Of a stretch of DNA of 64,000 nucleotides, positions 9,612 through 19,580 are shown in pieces (position 1 is the stretch's first letter; each line of letters begins with the position of its first letter). Below the pieces are notes generated by a model. The model was not told the origin of the DNA. It made no database searches and worked only from the letters and a program-made list of their open reading frames with translations. The stretch spans positions 640,001 through 704,000 of the forward strand of contig CAWCUS010000006.1 of NCBI GenBank assembly GCA_963798845.1. Reading direction: 5' to 3'. The DNA is from an uncultured Gemmatimonadales bacterium. Its GTDB lineage: Bacteria > Gemmatimonadota > Gemmatimonadetes > Longimicrobiales > RSA9. Both the position numbers and the translations under genes were made by a program.

Positions 9612-10698
9612 GTGTCCACCCACCCAGTCGCCGCAGCGGTCCTCGACCACTTCGACCGCCACCGGCGCGACCTGCCGTGGCGCCGCACCGCCGACCCGTA
9701 CGCGATCTGGGTCAGCGAGGTCATGCTCCAGCAGACGCGGGTGGACACCGTCCGCGACTATTACCATCGCTGGCTGGACCGCTTCCCCACCGTCCACGTG
9801 CTTGCCCGCGCCGAAATCGACGAGGTCCTGCTCGCCTGGAAGGGGCTCGGATACTATTCTCGCGCCCGCAACCTCCACGCTGCGGCGCGCGTTGTGCGGG
9901 AACGACACGGAGGCGATCTGCCCGCGGACCCTGCGGCGCTCCGGGCGCTCCCCGGCGTCGGCGAGTACACGGCCGGCGCCGTCGCCAGCATCGCCTACGG
10001 CGTCGCCATCCCCGCGGTGGACGGGAACGTCCGGCGGGTCCTCAGCCGCCTGTACGACCTTCCTGCGCCGGGCCCGGCCACGCTGCGCGGCCTCGCCGCC
10101 GCCCTGCTGCCGGCCGATCGGCCGGGCGACTTCAACCAGGCGCTCATGGAGCTCGGCGCAACGATCTGCACGCCGAAGCGACCGGCGTGCGACGCGTGCC
10201 CCATCGCGGACCGGTGCGTCGCCAGGGATCTCGGCACCCAGGAGCAGCGACCGCTACCGATGAAAAGGGCGCCGGTGCCGGAGCGCACCGTGGACGTGGC
10301 GGTCGTTCTGGCCGGCGGCGACCACACGCTCCTGGTGCGTCGGCCGGAGACCGGGCTGCTGGCCGGGATGTGGGAGTTCCCCGTCCCCGCGGACCATGCC
10401 TGGGTGCGCGAGCTCGCCGACGCCGCGGATCCGGTCGCGGAGCTCGAGGCGGTCGTGCACGTGTTCACGCACCTCAAGGTCACGTACGTGCCCACCGTGT
10501 ACGCCTTGGCCATACCCGCGAGGCCAGGCGACGGGCCGACGCTGCCGCCGACACCGGCCAGCGCGAGAATGGGCTTCCGTTTCCGACCTCGACGGCTACG
10601 CCCTTCCCGTTGCCCAGCAGCGGATCGCCCGGTCCGCGATGACCGCGTGGCGAACGGGGTGCTCCACGCGCTCGATCCCCGGGAGCGCGATGCAGTGA
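9612..10698 (+). CDS. mutY: A/G-specific adenine glycosylase; frameshift at about 10530-10565
   Basis: WVSEVMLQQT, GLGYYSRARNLH, HhH LPGVGEYTA, VDGNVRRV, 4Fe-4S motif CTPKRPACDACPIADRC; MutY-type tail EWASVSDLDGYALPVAQQRI lies in the +1 frame (ORF 10396-10698). Confidence 0.9.
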
Positions 10699-10735
10699 TC
10701 GGGCGCGCGCCCGGCAGCCGCGCTCTAGCCGCCCT

Positions 10736-12481
10736 CTAGCCGCCGAACACCCTGCGTCCGACGGCGCGGCCGATGAAGCGGAGCCGGTCGGCCCACGGCA
10801 GCCGCCGGAGGTTGGTCCGAACCACGCCCCGGGTGAAGTACGTCTTCTCGGAATAGTCGATGGCGACGTCCACGACGGCCGGCCGCCCCGACTCCAGCGC
10901 CGCCGCCACGCCTTCCAGCACGGCCGGGATCTCGGACTCGCGGTCGAGCCGGAGGCAGCAGCCCAGGCCGGCGAACGCCTCGCACAGGCCGCTCACGCTG
11001 TAGTCGTGGACCGCGCTGGCGGTCTTGCGGTTGAGCGCCGTCTCCTGGAACTGGGCGATCTGCGCCAGCTCCGCGTCGCGCAGGACGAAGATCGCCACGG
11101 GGACCTCGTAGTTCCGCGCGGTCAGAAGCTCGAGCCCGGTCATGAGGAACGCGCCGTCGCCCGCGAGTGCCACCACGGTCCGGTCGGGCGCGGCCAGCTT
11201 GGCCCCGATCGCCGCCGGCACGGAGTAGCCCATGCACGAGTAGTCCACGGGCGCCAGGAATTGACGGGGACCGTCCAGGCGCAGCATCTCCATGGCCAGG
11301 AAGGTGCCGTTCCCGCTGTCCGTGGTGAACGTGGTTCCGGCGCCGAAGTGGGCGTGGATCGCTCGCAGCAGCGCGTGCGGTCGGATACGCTCCGACGGCT
11401 TGCCTGCCCACTCCGCCTCCACTGCGTCGTGCCCCGCGGCGATGCGACGTCGCAGGTCGATGTCCACCGGCCGCTCCCCCAGCGCTTCGAGGAGCGCGGC
11501 CACGGTGGCCGCCGAACCGGAGTTCAGCGCCACCGCGGGAGGGTAGTTCCGCCCGAGCACCGCCGGATCCACGTCCACGTGCACCAGCGGCCCCGGGAGC
11601 GTCAGGCCGTAGCTCCCCGTCCCGACCTCTCCGAACCGGCAGCCGATGGCGAGGACGGCGTCGCAGTCGGCGGCGACCTTCCGGGCGAAGGGGGGCGCGG
11701 CGTCGCCGAAGCCGGGCCAGAGGAAGAGCGGGTGCGACTCGGGGAACACCCCCTTCCCCTGGAAGGTGCTGGCCACCGGGGCCTCCAGCCGCTCGGCCAG
11801 AGTCAGCAGATCGTCGCCCGCCGGGAGCGCCCCCAGCCCCACGTAGAGCAGCGGCCGGCGGGCACCCTCGAGCAGCGCCACGGCCCGGTCGAGCGCTGCG
11901 GCGTCCGGCTCGGGGAGCGCGGACACGGCCGCGCCGGCCTCGAACAGGTCACGCTCCTCCTCCAGCTTCACGTCGTGGGTGAACAGGTACAGGTTGGCCG
12001 GGACTTCCACGAACACGGGGCCGGGCACGCCGGAACGGGCGAGGCGGCACGCTTGCCGAACGGCGGAGTAGAGGGCGTCGCCCGTCTCCGGTCGGAACTG
12101 CGCCTTCGTCACGGGTGCGACCATGGCCGCCTGGTCCACGTCGTGGAGCTGGTAGCCGTGACCGGTGTCGCCCCGGATGCCGCATCCCAGCACGAGCATG
12201 GGGACGGAGTCCATCCACGCCTCGGCGATCCCCGACATGGCGTGGGTCAGCCCCGCCCCCGGGACCACGTTGACGCACCCCAGCCGGCCGGACGCGCGCC
12301 ACACCCCGTCGGCCATGAACGATGCGCCCTGCTCGTCCGTGACCAGGATCGGCCGGACCGCGTCCGACTCCGCGAGCGCATCGTAGAGCTCGATGTTGTG
12401 CGTGCCGGGGATGCCGAACGTGAACGGAACGCCCTCGTCCTCCAGGGCCGCCACCACCAGCTTCGCTCCGGGAATACCCAT
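10736..12481 (-). CDS. Thiamine diphosphate-dependent enzyme (acetolactate synthase large subunit / benzaldehyde lyase superfamily)
   Basis: FGIPGTHN, catalytic Glu in TDEQGASFMADG, CMGYSVPAAIGA, ThDP motif GDGAFLMTG. Confidence 0.85.
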   Translation of the reverse strand: MGIPGAKLVVAALEDEGVPFTFGIPGTHNIELYDALAESDAVRPILVTDEQGASFMADGVWRASGRLGCVNVVPGAGLTHAMSGIAEAWMDSVPMLVLGCGIRGDTGHGYQLHDVDQAAMVAPVTKAQFRPETGDALYSAVRQACRLARSGVPGPVFVEVPANLYLFTHDVKLEEERDLFEAGAAVSALPEPDAAALDRAVALLEGARRPLLYVGLGALPAGDDLLTLAERLEAPVASTFQGKGVFPESHPLFLWPGFGDAAPPFARKVAADCDAVLAIGCRFGEVGTGSYGLTLPGPLVHVDVDPAVLGRNYPPAVALNSGSAATVAALLEALGERPVDIDLRRRIAAGHDAVEAEWAGKPSERIRPHALLRAIHAHFGAGTTFTTDSGNGTFLAMEMLRLDGPRQFLAPVDYSCMGYSVPAAIGAKLAAPDRTVVALAGDGAFLMTGLELLTARNYEVPVAIFVLRDAELAQIAQFQETALNRKTASAVHDYSVSGLCEAFAGLGCCLRLDRESEIPAVLEGVAAALESGRPAVVDVAIDYSEKTYFTRGVVRTNLRRLPWADRLRFIGRAVGRRVFGG

Positions 12482-14010
12482 CAGCCGATGCCCCCTTCCG
12501 CCGGAACCAGCTCGCCGATCTCATCGAGGACCTTTTCGGCGACGCGATCGGCCAGTCCCATGATCGTCAGATACGGGTTGATCTCCAGCGAGTCGGGGAA
12601 CAGCGCGGAGTCGGCCACTCGCAGCCACGGCAGGCCGTGCACCCGCCCCCACGCATCCGTCACCGAGTCCGTGGCGGTCGCGCCCATGGCGCACCCGCCC
12701 ATCAGGTGCGCGGCCGAGATGCTGATCTTCCCCGTGCGGAAGTGCTGCCTCGTGATGAGCGCGTCCACTCGCTCGGCGTCCGCGCGCTCGATCAGCTGCG
12801 GCTCCGCTTCCGGCGCGTGCACGCGCAACGCACCCGCAGCGAAGAAGATGCGGGCCGAGGCGCGCGTGGCGGCAACCAGCGCGTCCACCACCTCGTCCGT
12901 GAACCGGTAGCGCACCACCGCGCGGCCGGCCCGGTCCACGTCGATGCGGTTGCCGGACACCGCCTTGTCGAGGGCCAGCACCAGGATCATCTGGAGCCGG
13001 GGGAACGCCCGCATCAGCCGGCTGTGCGGTGCGCCGAAGCCGGTCAGGTTCTTGGCCGTGATGAACGGGAAATACATGCACGTCTCGAGCACGTAGCCTT
13101 CCCGCCACCGGTCCAGGAAATAGCTCTTCGGGTGGCCGACGTCGTTCGTGATCGGCTCCTCGTGCTCCGCGACCAGGATGTGGGCAGGGTGACAGGTGAA
13201 GCCCGCGCCGAGCGCCGGAAGCCGCGGCCCCAGACCGGAGCGCAGGAGGAGCGCGCTGGAGCCGATGGAGCCGCCCGCCACCACGACCATGCCGGCATCC
13301 ACGTCGTATTCCCCGGGCTCCCATTCCGGATCCCGACCCTTCGCCCCGGGAGCCCGCTCGCTCACCCGCACGCGCAAGGTGCGCGCGACCGGGTCCAGCC
13401 GCACCACTTCGGCCCGCGTCGCCACTTCGACGCCAGCCCGCTCGGCCGCCGGAAGCTGCACGAACGCCGTTCCCATCTTCGCGCCGTTCGGACAGCCGAG
13501 GTTGCACAGCGAGGATCCCAGGCAGCCCCGCAGGTTCACCGGGAACTGCTCCGCCTCCCACCCCAGCGCCGCGCACCCATCCCGGAACAGCCGGTTGTTG
13601 TCGTTGATCAGCTCGGGCGGCAGCAGGTGCACGTTGTTGTCCGCTGCGTACCGCTCCGCCCGCGACGTCAGGTCCCCGTGGTCCAGCCCGGACACGCCCC
13701 AGCCGTCGACCACTCGCTTCGGTGGAAGCATGCTCGTGCCCGTGTACACCAGGGTGCTCCCGCCGTAGGCCCGGCCGAACGCCAGCGTCATGGACCCGTC
13801 GGCGGTCAGGAACCCGCCATCATCCTCGTACAGCGCGGACGCCATCTCGAGCTCCCCTCCCGTCATCTCGCCCGCGTCCACCCGCGGGCCCTGCTCCAGC
13901 ACCAGGACACGCCGCCCCTGCCTCACCAGCGGCCCGAGCACCTGCGCCACGGTGCCTCCGCCCGCGCCCGAGCCGACGATCACCACGTCGTAGCGTCGCC
14001 GCCCGCTCAT
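12481..14010 (-). CDS. GMC family FAD oxidoreductase
   Basis: GSGAGG dinucleotide fold, GGST, Cys cluster CLGSSLCNLGCP, AHLMGG, NPYLTIMGLA. Confidence 0.9.
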   Translation of the reverse strand: MSGRRRYDVVIVGSGAGGGTVAQVLGPLVRQGRRVLVLEQGPRVDAGEMTGGELEMASALYEDDGGFLTADGSMTLAFGRAYGGSTLVYTGTSMLPPKRVVDGWGVSGLDHGDLTSRAERYAADNNVHLLPPELINDNNRLFRDGCAALGWEAEQFPVNLRGCLGSSLCNLGCPNGAKMGTAFVQLPAAERAGVEVATRAEVVRLDPVARTLRVRVSERAPGAKGRDPEWEPGEYDVDAGMVVVAGGSIGSSALLLRSGLGPRLPALGAGFTCHPAHILVAEHEEPITNDVGHPKSYFLDRWREGYVLETCMYFPFITAKNLTGFGAPHSRLMRAFPRLQMILVLALDKAVSGNRIDVDRAGRAVVRYRFTDEVVDALVAATRASARIFFAAGALRVHAPEAEPQLIERADAERVDALITRQHFRTGKISISAAHLMGGCAMGATATDSVTDAWGRVHGLPWLRVADSALFPDSLEINPYLTIMGLADRVAEKVLDEIGELVPAEGGIG

Positions 14011-14555
14011 GATTCGCCGCCTTTCGACCCGGGAGGGCTCCCGGCTTCCGGTCCGGCCGATGGGCTCTCGGCGGACGAAGGCCCGGTGGACGTTCCGCCT
14101 GAGCCGCTCGCCATCCCGGCCTCCGTGGCCTCGCGCGCGGACCGGGTCGCCGCAGGGTGCTCGAGCCAGCCGCGCAGGCGCGCGTCGTAGCCCACCGCGC
14201 GATAACCGTCGAGAGCGCCGTAGTATCCCATGTAGACCAGCGTCCGCAGCCCCCAGAAGCCGCGCCGGAGGAGGAAGACCGGCGAGTTCTGCATGCTGGC
14301 CAGGAAGCGGGACTGGAGGTGAGGGTCGAGGCGGCGGAAGCCGCGGCCCCAGCGGAACACGGGCAGAACCGACAGCGCGCGGATGAACAGCACCAGCTGC
14401 CGGCGCATGGACCGCGGCCGCGCCGCCAGGGCGTCCTCCACGATCGATTCCAGCTCCCCCCAGCCGCGGGCGTCGAGATGCTCCGCCTCCGGCACGATGG
14501 CCTTCGCCAGCGCGCGGAACGCCGGCCGCACGGGATCCAGGATGGGCACGGTCAC
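14007..14555 (-). CDS. Small GMC-associated protein (gluconate 2-dehydrogenase subunit 3-like)
   Basis: ALAKAIVP...F.RLD...F.GLRTLVYMGYYG...VGY pattern; ATGA overlap with GMC gene; GTG start at 14555 is inferred. Confidence 0.6.
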   Translation of the reverse strand: MTVPILDPVRPAFRALAKAIVPEAEHLDARGWGELESIVEDALAARPRSMRRQLVLFIRALSVLPVFRWGRGFRRLDPHLQSRFLASMQNSPVFLLRRGFWGLRTLVYMGYYGALDGYRAVGYDARLRGWLEHPAATRSAREATEAGMASGSGGTSTGPSSAESPSAGPEAGSPPGSKGGES

Positions 14556-14730
14556 TCCGGGATCGAGGAACGACAATGGCCGCGGCCCCGACCCGGGTGA
14601 GACGTCTCCCCGGTCGGGCCGCCGCACCGGATCATTCTGCGCCCCCGGCGCGCCGGACGCCAATTCCGCGCCCGCCGTCGACTGCCGCGCCGGTTTCCCG
14701 CGAGCCCATCGCGCCGTACGATTCTGCCCC

Positions 14731-16221
14731 ATGAAGAAACCGGATCCCCTCGACGAGCTCGCGCTCCTGGTCCGCTCCAACCACGGCCTCGCGGTCCTGG
14801 AAACGGAGGACGAGGATCGCGCGGGCGGCTTGCTGCGCCACCTCGCCGACCGTCTCGGCGTGCCCCGTTTCGTGTGGACGCCGTCCCGGGGGCTGCGCCG
14901 CGATGACATGGATGGCCCCGTTTACGGGACGCAGGTGGCACAGGCGGCGCTGGCGCACGTCGAGCAGGCCGCCTTCGCGGCCGTCTACCACTTCAGCGGA
15001 CTCGGGCCATTCCTGGGCGATGCCCGCGTCGCCGCCGCGCTCGCCGACGCGGTGCTGCCGTACGAGCGCGTGCCGGGGATCATCGTCCTCACAGGCCCCG
15101 ACCTCGAGCTGCCCGCGTCCGTCCGCCACCGCGCTGCCGTGGTGCGCCTCGCCCCGCCGGACGACGCCGACTATCAGCAGCTCCTCACACGCATCCTCCG
15201 CGACCTGCGGGCGCGTCAGCACGTGACCGTCGAAATGTCTCCCGGCGAGCTCCGGCGGCTGTACGCAAACCTCAGGGGGCTCACCCTGGTGGAGGCGGAG
15301 AAGGTCCTGACGCGCGCCATCGTCGAGGATGGTCGCCTGACGGCCGAGGACATCGCCGCCGTCTTCGAGCACAAGCAGGAGCTCGTGGAGCGAGACGGGC
15401 TGCTGGAATACTACCCCGCCGAGGAGGCGCTGGCCGACGTCGCCGACCTCGCGACGCTCAAGCAATGGCTCGCTACACGGACCGCCCTCATCAGGGAGCC
15501 AGAACGAGCCCGTCGCTTCGGACTCGATTTCCCCAAGGGGATCCTCCTCGTGGGCGTCCCGGGCGCCGGCAAGTCCCTGTGCGCCAAGGCGGTGGCCACA
15601 GAGTGGGGTCTCCCGCTCCTGAAGCTCGACCCCTCGGCATTGTACAACAAGTACATCGGCGAGACGGAGAAGAACTTGCGCCGGGCCATGGAGATCGCGG
15701 AGAGGATGGCGCCCGTCGTGCTCTGGATCGACGAGCTCGAGAAGGCGTTCGCCGAAGGCGGTGCCGAGGACGGTGGCGTCTCCGCCCGAGTCCTGGGCAC
15801 GTTCCTCGGCTGGATGCAGGACCGCAGCGGCGACGTCTTCATCGTGGCCACCGCCAACGACGTCCGGCGTCTCCCTCCGGAATTCCTGCGCAAGGGGCGA
15901 TTCGACGAGATCTTCTTCGTCGATTTTCCCGACCCGGAAGCCCGGCGCGAGATCTTCCGCATCCACCTGGCCCGCCGCCACCACCTCGACCCCGCGTTCG
16001 ACCTCGCCGCCCTCGCCGACGCCGCCGCCTCCTTCACCGGCGCCGAGATCGAGCAGGTCGTCATCAGCGCCCTCTACACCGCTTTCGCCACCGATCGGCC
16101 TCTCACGCAGGACGCGCTGCGCCAGGAGATCGCGCGCACGCGGCCGCTCGCTGTGGCGGCCCGCGAGCGTATCGACGCACTGAGGCAGTGGGCGGACGGG
16201 AGGACCGTAACGGCCAACTGA
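14731..16221 (+). CDS. AAA+ ATPase, Ycf46-like
   Basis: Degenerate N-terminal AAA module, Walker A GVPGAGKS, Walker B LWIDELEK, LPPEFLRKGRFDEIFFVD, LRQWA tail. Confidence 0.85.
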   Translation: MKKPDPLDELALLVRSNHGLAVLETEDEDRAGGLLRHLADRLGVPRFVWTPSRGLRRDDMDGPVYGTQVAQAALAHVEQAAFAAVYHFSGLGPFLGDARVAAALADAVLPYERVPGIIVLTGPDLELPASVRHRAAVVRLAPPDDADYQQLLTRILRDLRARQHVTVEMSPGELRRLYANLRGLTLVEAEKVLTRAIVEDGRLTAEDIAAVFEHKQELVERDGLLEYYPAEEALADVADLATLKQWLATRTALIREPERARRFGLDFPKGILLVGVPGAGKSLCAKAVATEWGLPLLKLDPSALYNKYIGETEKNLRRAMEIAERMAPVVLWIDELEKAFAEGGAEDGGVSARVLGTFLGWMQDRSGDVFIVATANDVRRLPPEFLRKGRFDEIFFVDFPDPEARREIFRIHLARRHHLDPAFDLAALADAAASFTGAEIEQVVISALYTAFATDRPLTQDALRQEIARTRPLAVAARERIDALRQWADGRTVTAN

Positions 16222-16402
16222 GCACCCCGGGTCGGGAATACTCCCACAGAAATTTCATCCAGTGCCCGACTGTTCTCCGGCCTTCCGCGGCGCATCTTGC
16301 AATCACAATTTGGAAATGGGGTCCGCGGCGCGCGGGTAGGGGCTTCGCCGGAGAGTCGCCGTCGGGCCCCATTTTCAACTCCAGGAGGGGCACAGACCTC
16401 TC

Positions 16403-17392
16403 ATGCCGAAATCGGTACTGGTTCCCGTCGACGGCTCCAACTTCGCCGAGCACGCCCTTCCGTACGCTCTCGGGATCGCACGTCGCACCGCAGCCACCGT
16501 GTACGTCGCCCTCGTACACGTTCCGGCGGACCTCGTCGGCCCGAACCATCCGCTGGCCGACGCCGTCGAAGCGCAGCACGAGGCGCAGCGGGATCTCGAC
16601 GCCGCGTACATCGACGAGCTCGCCGAGCGGATCGGGGCGTCGGGGCTTCCCGTCCGCCCCGCGTTGCTCAGGGGTAACGTGGCGGCGGCGCTTTCCCGGT
16701 ACGTAGAGGCCGAGCGAATCGAGCTGGTGGTCATGACCACGCACGGGCGGGGCGGGCTGAAGCGCGCGTGGCTGGGCAGCACCGCCGACAGCCTGCTCCG
16801 ACAGTGCATGGCCCCGCTCCTGCTGATCCGGCCGTCCGAGCGGACGCGCGAGATCACGGCCGCGAACGACCGTCGCTTCGAGCGCGTCCTGGCGGCCGTG
16901 GACGGAAGCGAGACTGCTGAGCTGGCGGTCCGGGACGCCTTCGACATAGGACTCACGGATGAAGCCGCGCTCATCCTGCTCCACGTGCTCCAGCCGCCGG
17001 TCGCAGCGGCGTCGCCCTACCTCCCCCACACGATCCAGCTCACCCACGAGGAGATCAGCGCCCGCGAGGACCACATGCGCCAGTACCTGGCAACGATCGC
17101 GGCGCAGGACTGGCTCGCGGGCCGCACGGTCGAGACGAAAGTCGTCGTCGACTACCAGCCGGCGCTCGCCATCATGGACACGGCCGAGCGCGTGGACGCA
17201 GACCTGATCGTGCTCGGCACGCACGGGCGAGGAGGGCTTCGTCGGCTGATCCTGGGCAGCGTCGCCGACACGGTGGTCCGGGGCACTCAGCGCCCGGTGC
17301 TGATCCACCGCGGCGTGGGCCGCGTGCCGGCGACCGCCGACGCGGGCGCCGGGTCCGACACGTCCGACCCGGACCGGACGCGCGCGCTCTAG
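16403..17392 (+). CDS. Universal stress protein (two Usp domains)
   Basis: VLVPVDGS...VVMTTHGRGG...LGSTA, repeated as VLAAVDGS...IVLGTHGRGG...LGSVA; SD AGGAGG. Confidence 0.95.
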   Translation: MPKSVLVPVDGSNFAEHALPYALGIARRTAATVYVALVHVPADLVGPNHPLADAVEAQHEAQRDLDAAYIDELAERIGASGLPVRPALLRGNVAAALSRYVEAERIELVVMTTHGRGGLKRAWLGSTADSLLRQCMAPLLLIRPSERTREITAANDRRFERVLAAVDGSETAELAVRDAFDIGLTDEAALILLHVLQPPVAAASPYLPHTIQLTHEEISAREDHMRQYLATIAAQDWLAGRTVETKVVVDYQPALAIMDTAERVDADLIVLGTHGRGGLRRLILGSVADTVVRGTQRPVLIHRGVGRVPATADAGAGSDTSDPDRTRAL

Positions 17393-17521
17393 GCTGCACG
17401 CTGCCCCCCCCCGGGGACCCACCGCGGCCGGCGGCGCTTCGAGCGCCACCGGCCGTTGACCATCCGGCGAGATTCGACCATCCTCCGCACCCACCATGGC
17501 AGCGACCCGGGAGGAGAGGGA

Positions 17522-18211
17522 GTGGACGGCGCGGCAGCCCTGTTCGACCTCGATGGAACGCTCATCGCCACCAGGGCACTCTACCTGGAAGCGTATCGCG
17601 TAGCGGTCGAGCCCTACGTTCGGAAGGACCTCACCCGCGAGGACATCATGGCGCTCCGGCCCACTTCGGAGCTGTCGTTCCTCAGGGCGGTGGTCTCCGA
17701 TCGCGACTTCCAGGCCTGCGTCGAGGACTTCTACGGCGCCTACGGTCGGCTCCACGCAGACCTCTTCGAGGGCGTGTACCCCGGCATTCCCGAACTCCTG
17801 GGTCGCATCCGCGCCGCGCGCATGCCCCTCGGGCTCGTCACGGGCAAGAGCCGCCGGGCATGGGAGATCACCCGCGCCGCCGTGTCCGTGGGACCCTTCG
17901 ACACCCTCGTCTTCGACGACGACGTCCGAGCTCCCAAGCCCGATCCCCACGGACTCCGCCTCGCCGTCGAGACCCTCGGCGCCGAGCCAGGCCGGTCCTT
18001 CTACATCGGCGACACCATGACCGACGCTCGCGCCGCCCTCGCAGCCGGCGTCCGCCCCATCACCGCACTGTGGGCCCGCGCCGAAGGCGAACGCCCCGCC
18101 TTCGCTGCTGCCGCGCGCGAGGCGGGGTCCACGGTCGTCACCTCACCCGGAGACCTGCTGCCGATCCTCGGGCTGAACGACCTTCAGAACCGCACGTCCA
18201 GCATCACGTAG
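17522..18211 (+). CDS. HAD-IA family hydrolase (phosphoglycolate phosphatase / PPase-like)
   Basis: LFDLDGTL, VTGK, KPDP, YIGDTMTD; GTG at 17522 after GGAGGAG. Confidence 0.85.
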   Translation: MDGAAALFDLDGTLIATRALYLEAYRVAVEPYVRKDLTREDIMALRPTSELSFLRAVVSDRDFQACVEDFYGAYGRLHADLFEGVYPGIPELLGRIRAARMPLGLVTGKSRRAWEITRAAVSVGPFDTLVFDDDVRAPKPDPHGLRLAVETLGAEPGRSFYIGDTMTDARAALAAGVRPITALWARAEGERPAFAAAAREAGSTVVTSPGDLLPILGLNDLQNRTSSIT

Positions 18212-19410
18212 GCCCACCCCTGGTGGTCGCCCTCGCGGCCGAGCACCACCGTCCATGCATCCTGCGCCGAGAAGTACGACGCCCCCGCTGTCACGGCTAC
18301 GCCAGGCGCATACGCCCACCGCGCCGTGAAGTCCAGCTCTTCACCCAGCCGGGCACTCTCTGCCCCGCTGGTCGCGGACAGGCTGAACAGGTGGCCGTTC
18401 AGCGCCACAGAGACATCCGGGGTCAGGGCGTACCGCGACTCGAGACCGACGTCCTGCAGGCCCCGCCCCGACGTCTGGACCGGAATGTTCAGGAACAGGT
18501 CCATGGACCCGTAGAACTTGTGGTTCGTGGCGAACAGCGTGTCGAAGACGCGCGTCGTCGCGTCGGTCGGCTCGTCGTCACCCGACAGGCGGTCGTACAG
18601 AACGCCCACACGCCAGCCCGACCCGAGGTCCGCCGCCGCCTCGGCCGCCACCAGGTAGGCCGAGACGTCCTGCGCGTCGCGTCGTCCCAGCTGGTACGCA
18701 CCCTCCAATCGCCACTCCAGGGCGCCTTCCCCGGCCGCCCACCGCCCGCCCAGCGTGTACTGATCGGTCACGCCTTCGTGCCGCAGCGGCTCCGTCATCA
18801 CCTCGTCCGCCGTGTTGTATAGCGCGTACGCCTGTAGCGACCCGCTCTCTCCCACCGTCCCGTACAGCCCGTACAGCGCGGACTCCCCCGCGCCGGCCTC
18901 CCACTCGCCCAACGTCATCGCCAGCCCGTCCACCACCACAGACGAGCTCCGCAGGCGGAGGCGAATTCCGTCCATTGCCCGCCCCTGCTGCGCCCAGTCG
19001 AGCGCACCCAGCAGGCGCTCGTCCCCGTACGCCACCTCCTGCCGGCCCACCCGCACCGACCACGGCGATTCCGACGAGCTCCCCAGCTCCACCCACCCCT
19101 GGTGCAGGTCCAGCGCGTTCCCCGCCCCATCCGTAGTCGACGCTTCCTCGCCCCACACGCGCACGTCCTGCAGCTGCACGAACCCTCTGACCCCCTTCGC
19201 CAGAGCCACGGCAGCCGACAGCCGCGTCCGCATGCTCGTCAAGTCCAGCGTCCGGTCCTCCCCCCGCCCGGGTCCGTACACCGGGCTCCGAAGCTCCGCG
19301 CGCGGCCGGATCTCTCCCCCCAGCTCCAGCTCCTGCGCCGTCACCGGCCCGGCCAGCATCACCGCCATCCAGACCATCGCGACCCGTCGTCCCGTCACCG
19401 TCGCCTCCAT
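18184..19410 (-). CDS. Alginate-export-family outer membrane beta-barrel (porin)
   Basis: Signal peptide; GEIRPRAE, FVQLQDVRVWG, LDLHQGW, VGRQEVAYGDERLLG, TNHKFYGSMD; terminal Phe. Confidence 0.8.
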   Translation of the reverse strand: MEATVTGRRVAMVWMAVMLAGPVTAQELELGGEIRPRAELRSPVYGPGRGEDRTLDLTSMRTRLSAAVALAKGVRGFVQLQDVRVWGEEASTTDGAGNALDLHQGWVELGSSSESPWSVRVGRQEVAYGDERLLGALDWAQQGRAMDGIRLRLRSSSVVVDGLAMTLGEWEAGAGESALYGLYGTVGESGSLQAYALYNTADEVMTEPLRHEGVTDQYTLGGRWAAGEGALEWRLEGAYQLGRRDAQDVSAYLVAAEAAADLGSGWRVGVLYDRLSGDDEPTDATTRVFDTLFATNHKFYGSMDLFLNIPVQTSGRGLQDVGLESRYALTPDVSVALNGHLFSLSATSGAESARLGEELDFTARWAYAPGVAVTAGASYFSAQDAWTVVLGREGDHQGWAYVMLDVRF

Positions 19411-19580
19411 GTCCCGGTTCGTATTTAGCACAACATTGTCGTGAATAGCGGCCGCGTCTGTAGGAATTCGCCTGATTCTCTCGCAGGCACCTGTGGTGGG
19501 TCGCCCTACTGGCGCGTGCCCGGCAGACCGGGCATCCTGACCATCCAACGGGTACCGAACGCCTGAAGGGAGGGGCCGCA

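Noticed and set aside
16290..19446. FNR or Rex boxes upstream of the Usp and porin/cytochrome genes
   Set aside because: Only half-site-like CACAA matches (near 16305 and 19430); no full palindrome
19510..19525. sigma54 promoter for the octaheme cytochrome (TGGCGCGTGCCCGGCA)
   Set aside because: GG-N10-GC spacing fits, but the -12 element is poor (CGGC) and such matches are common at this GC content
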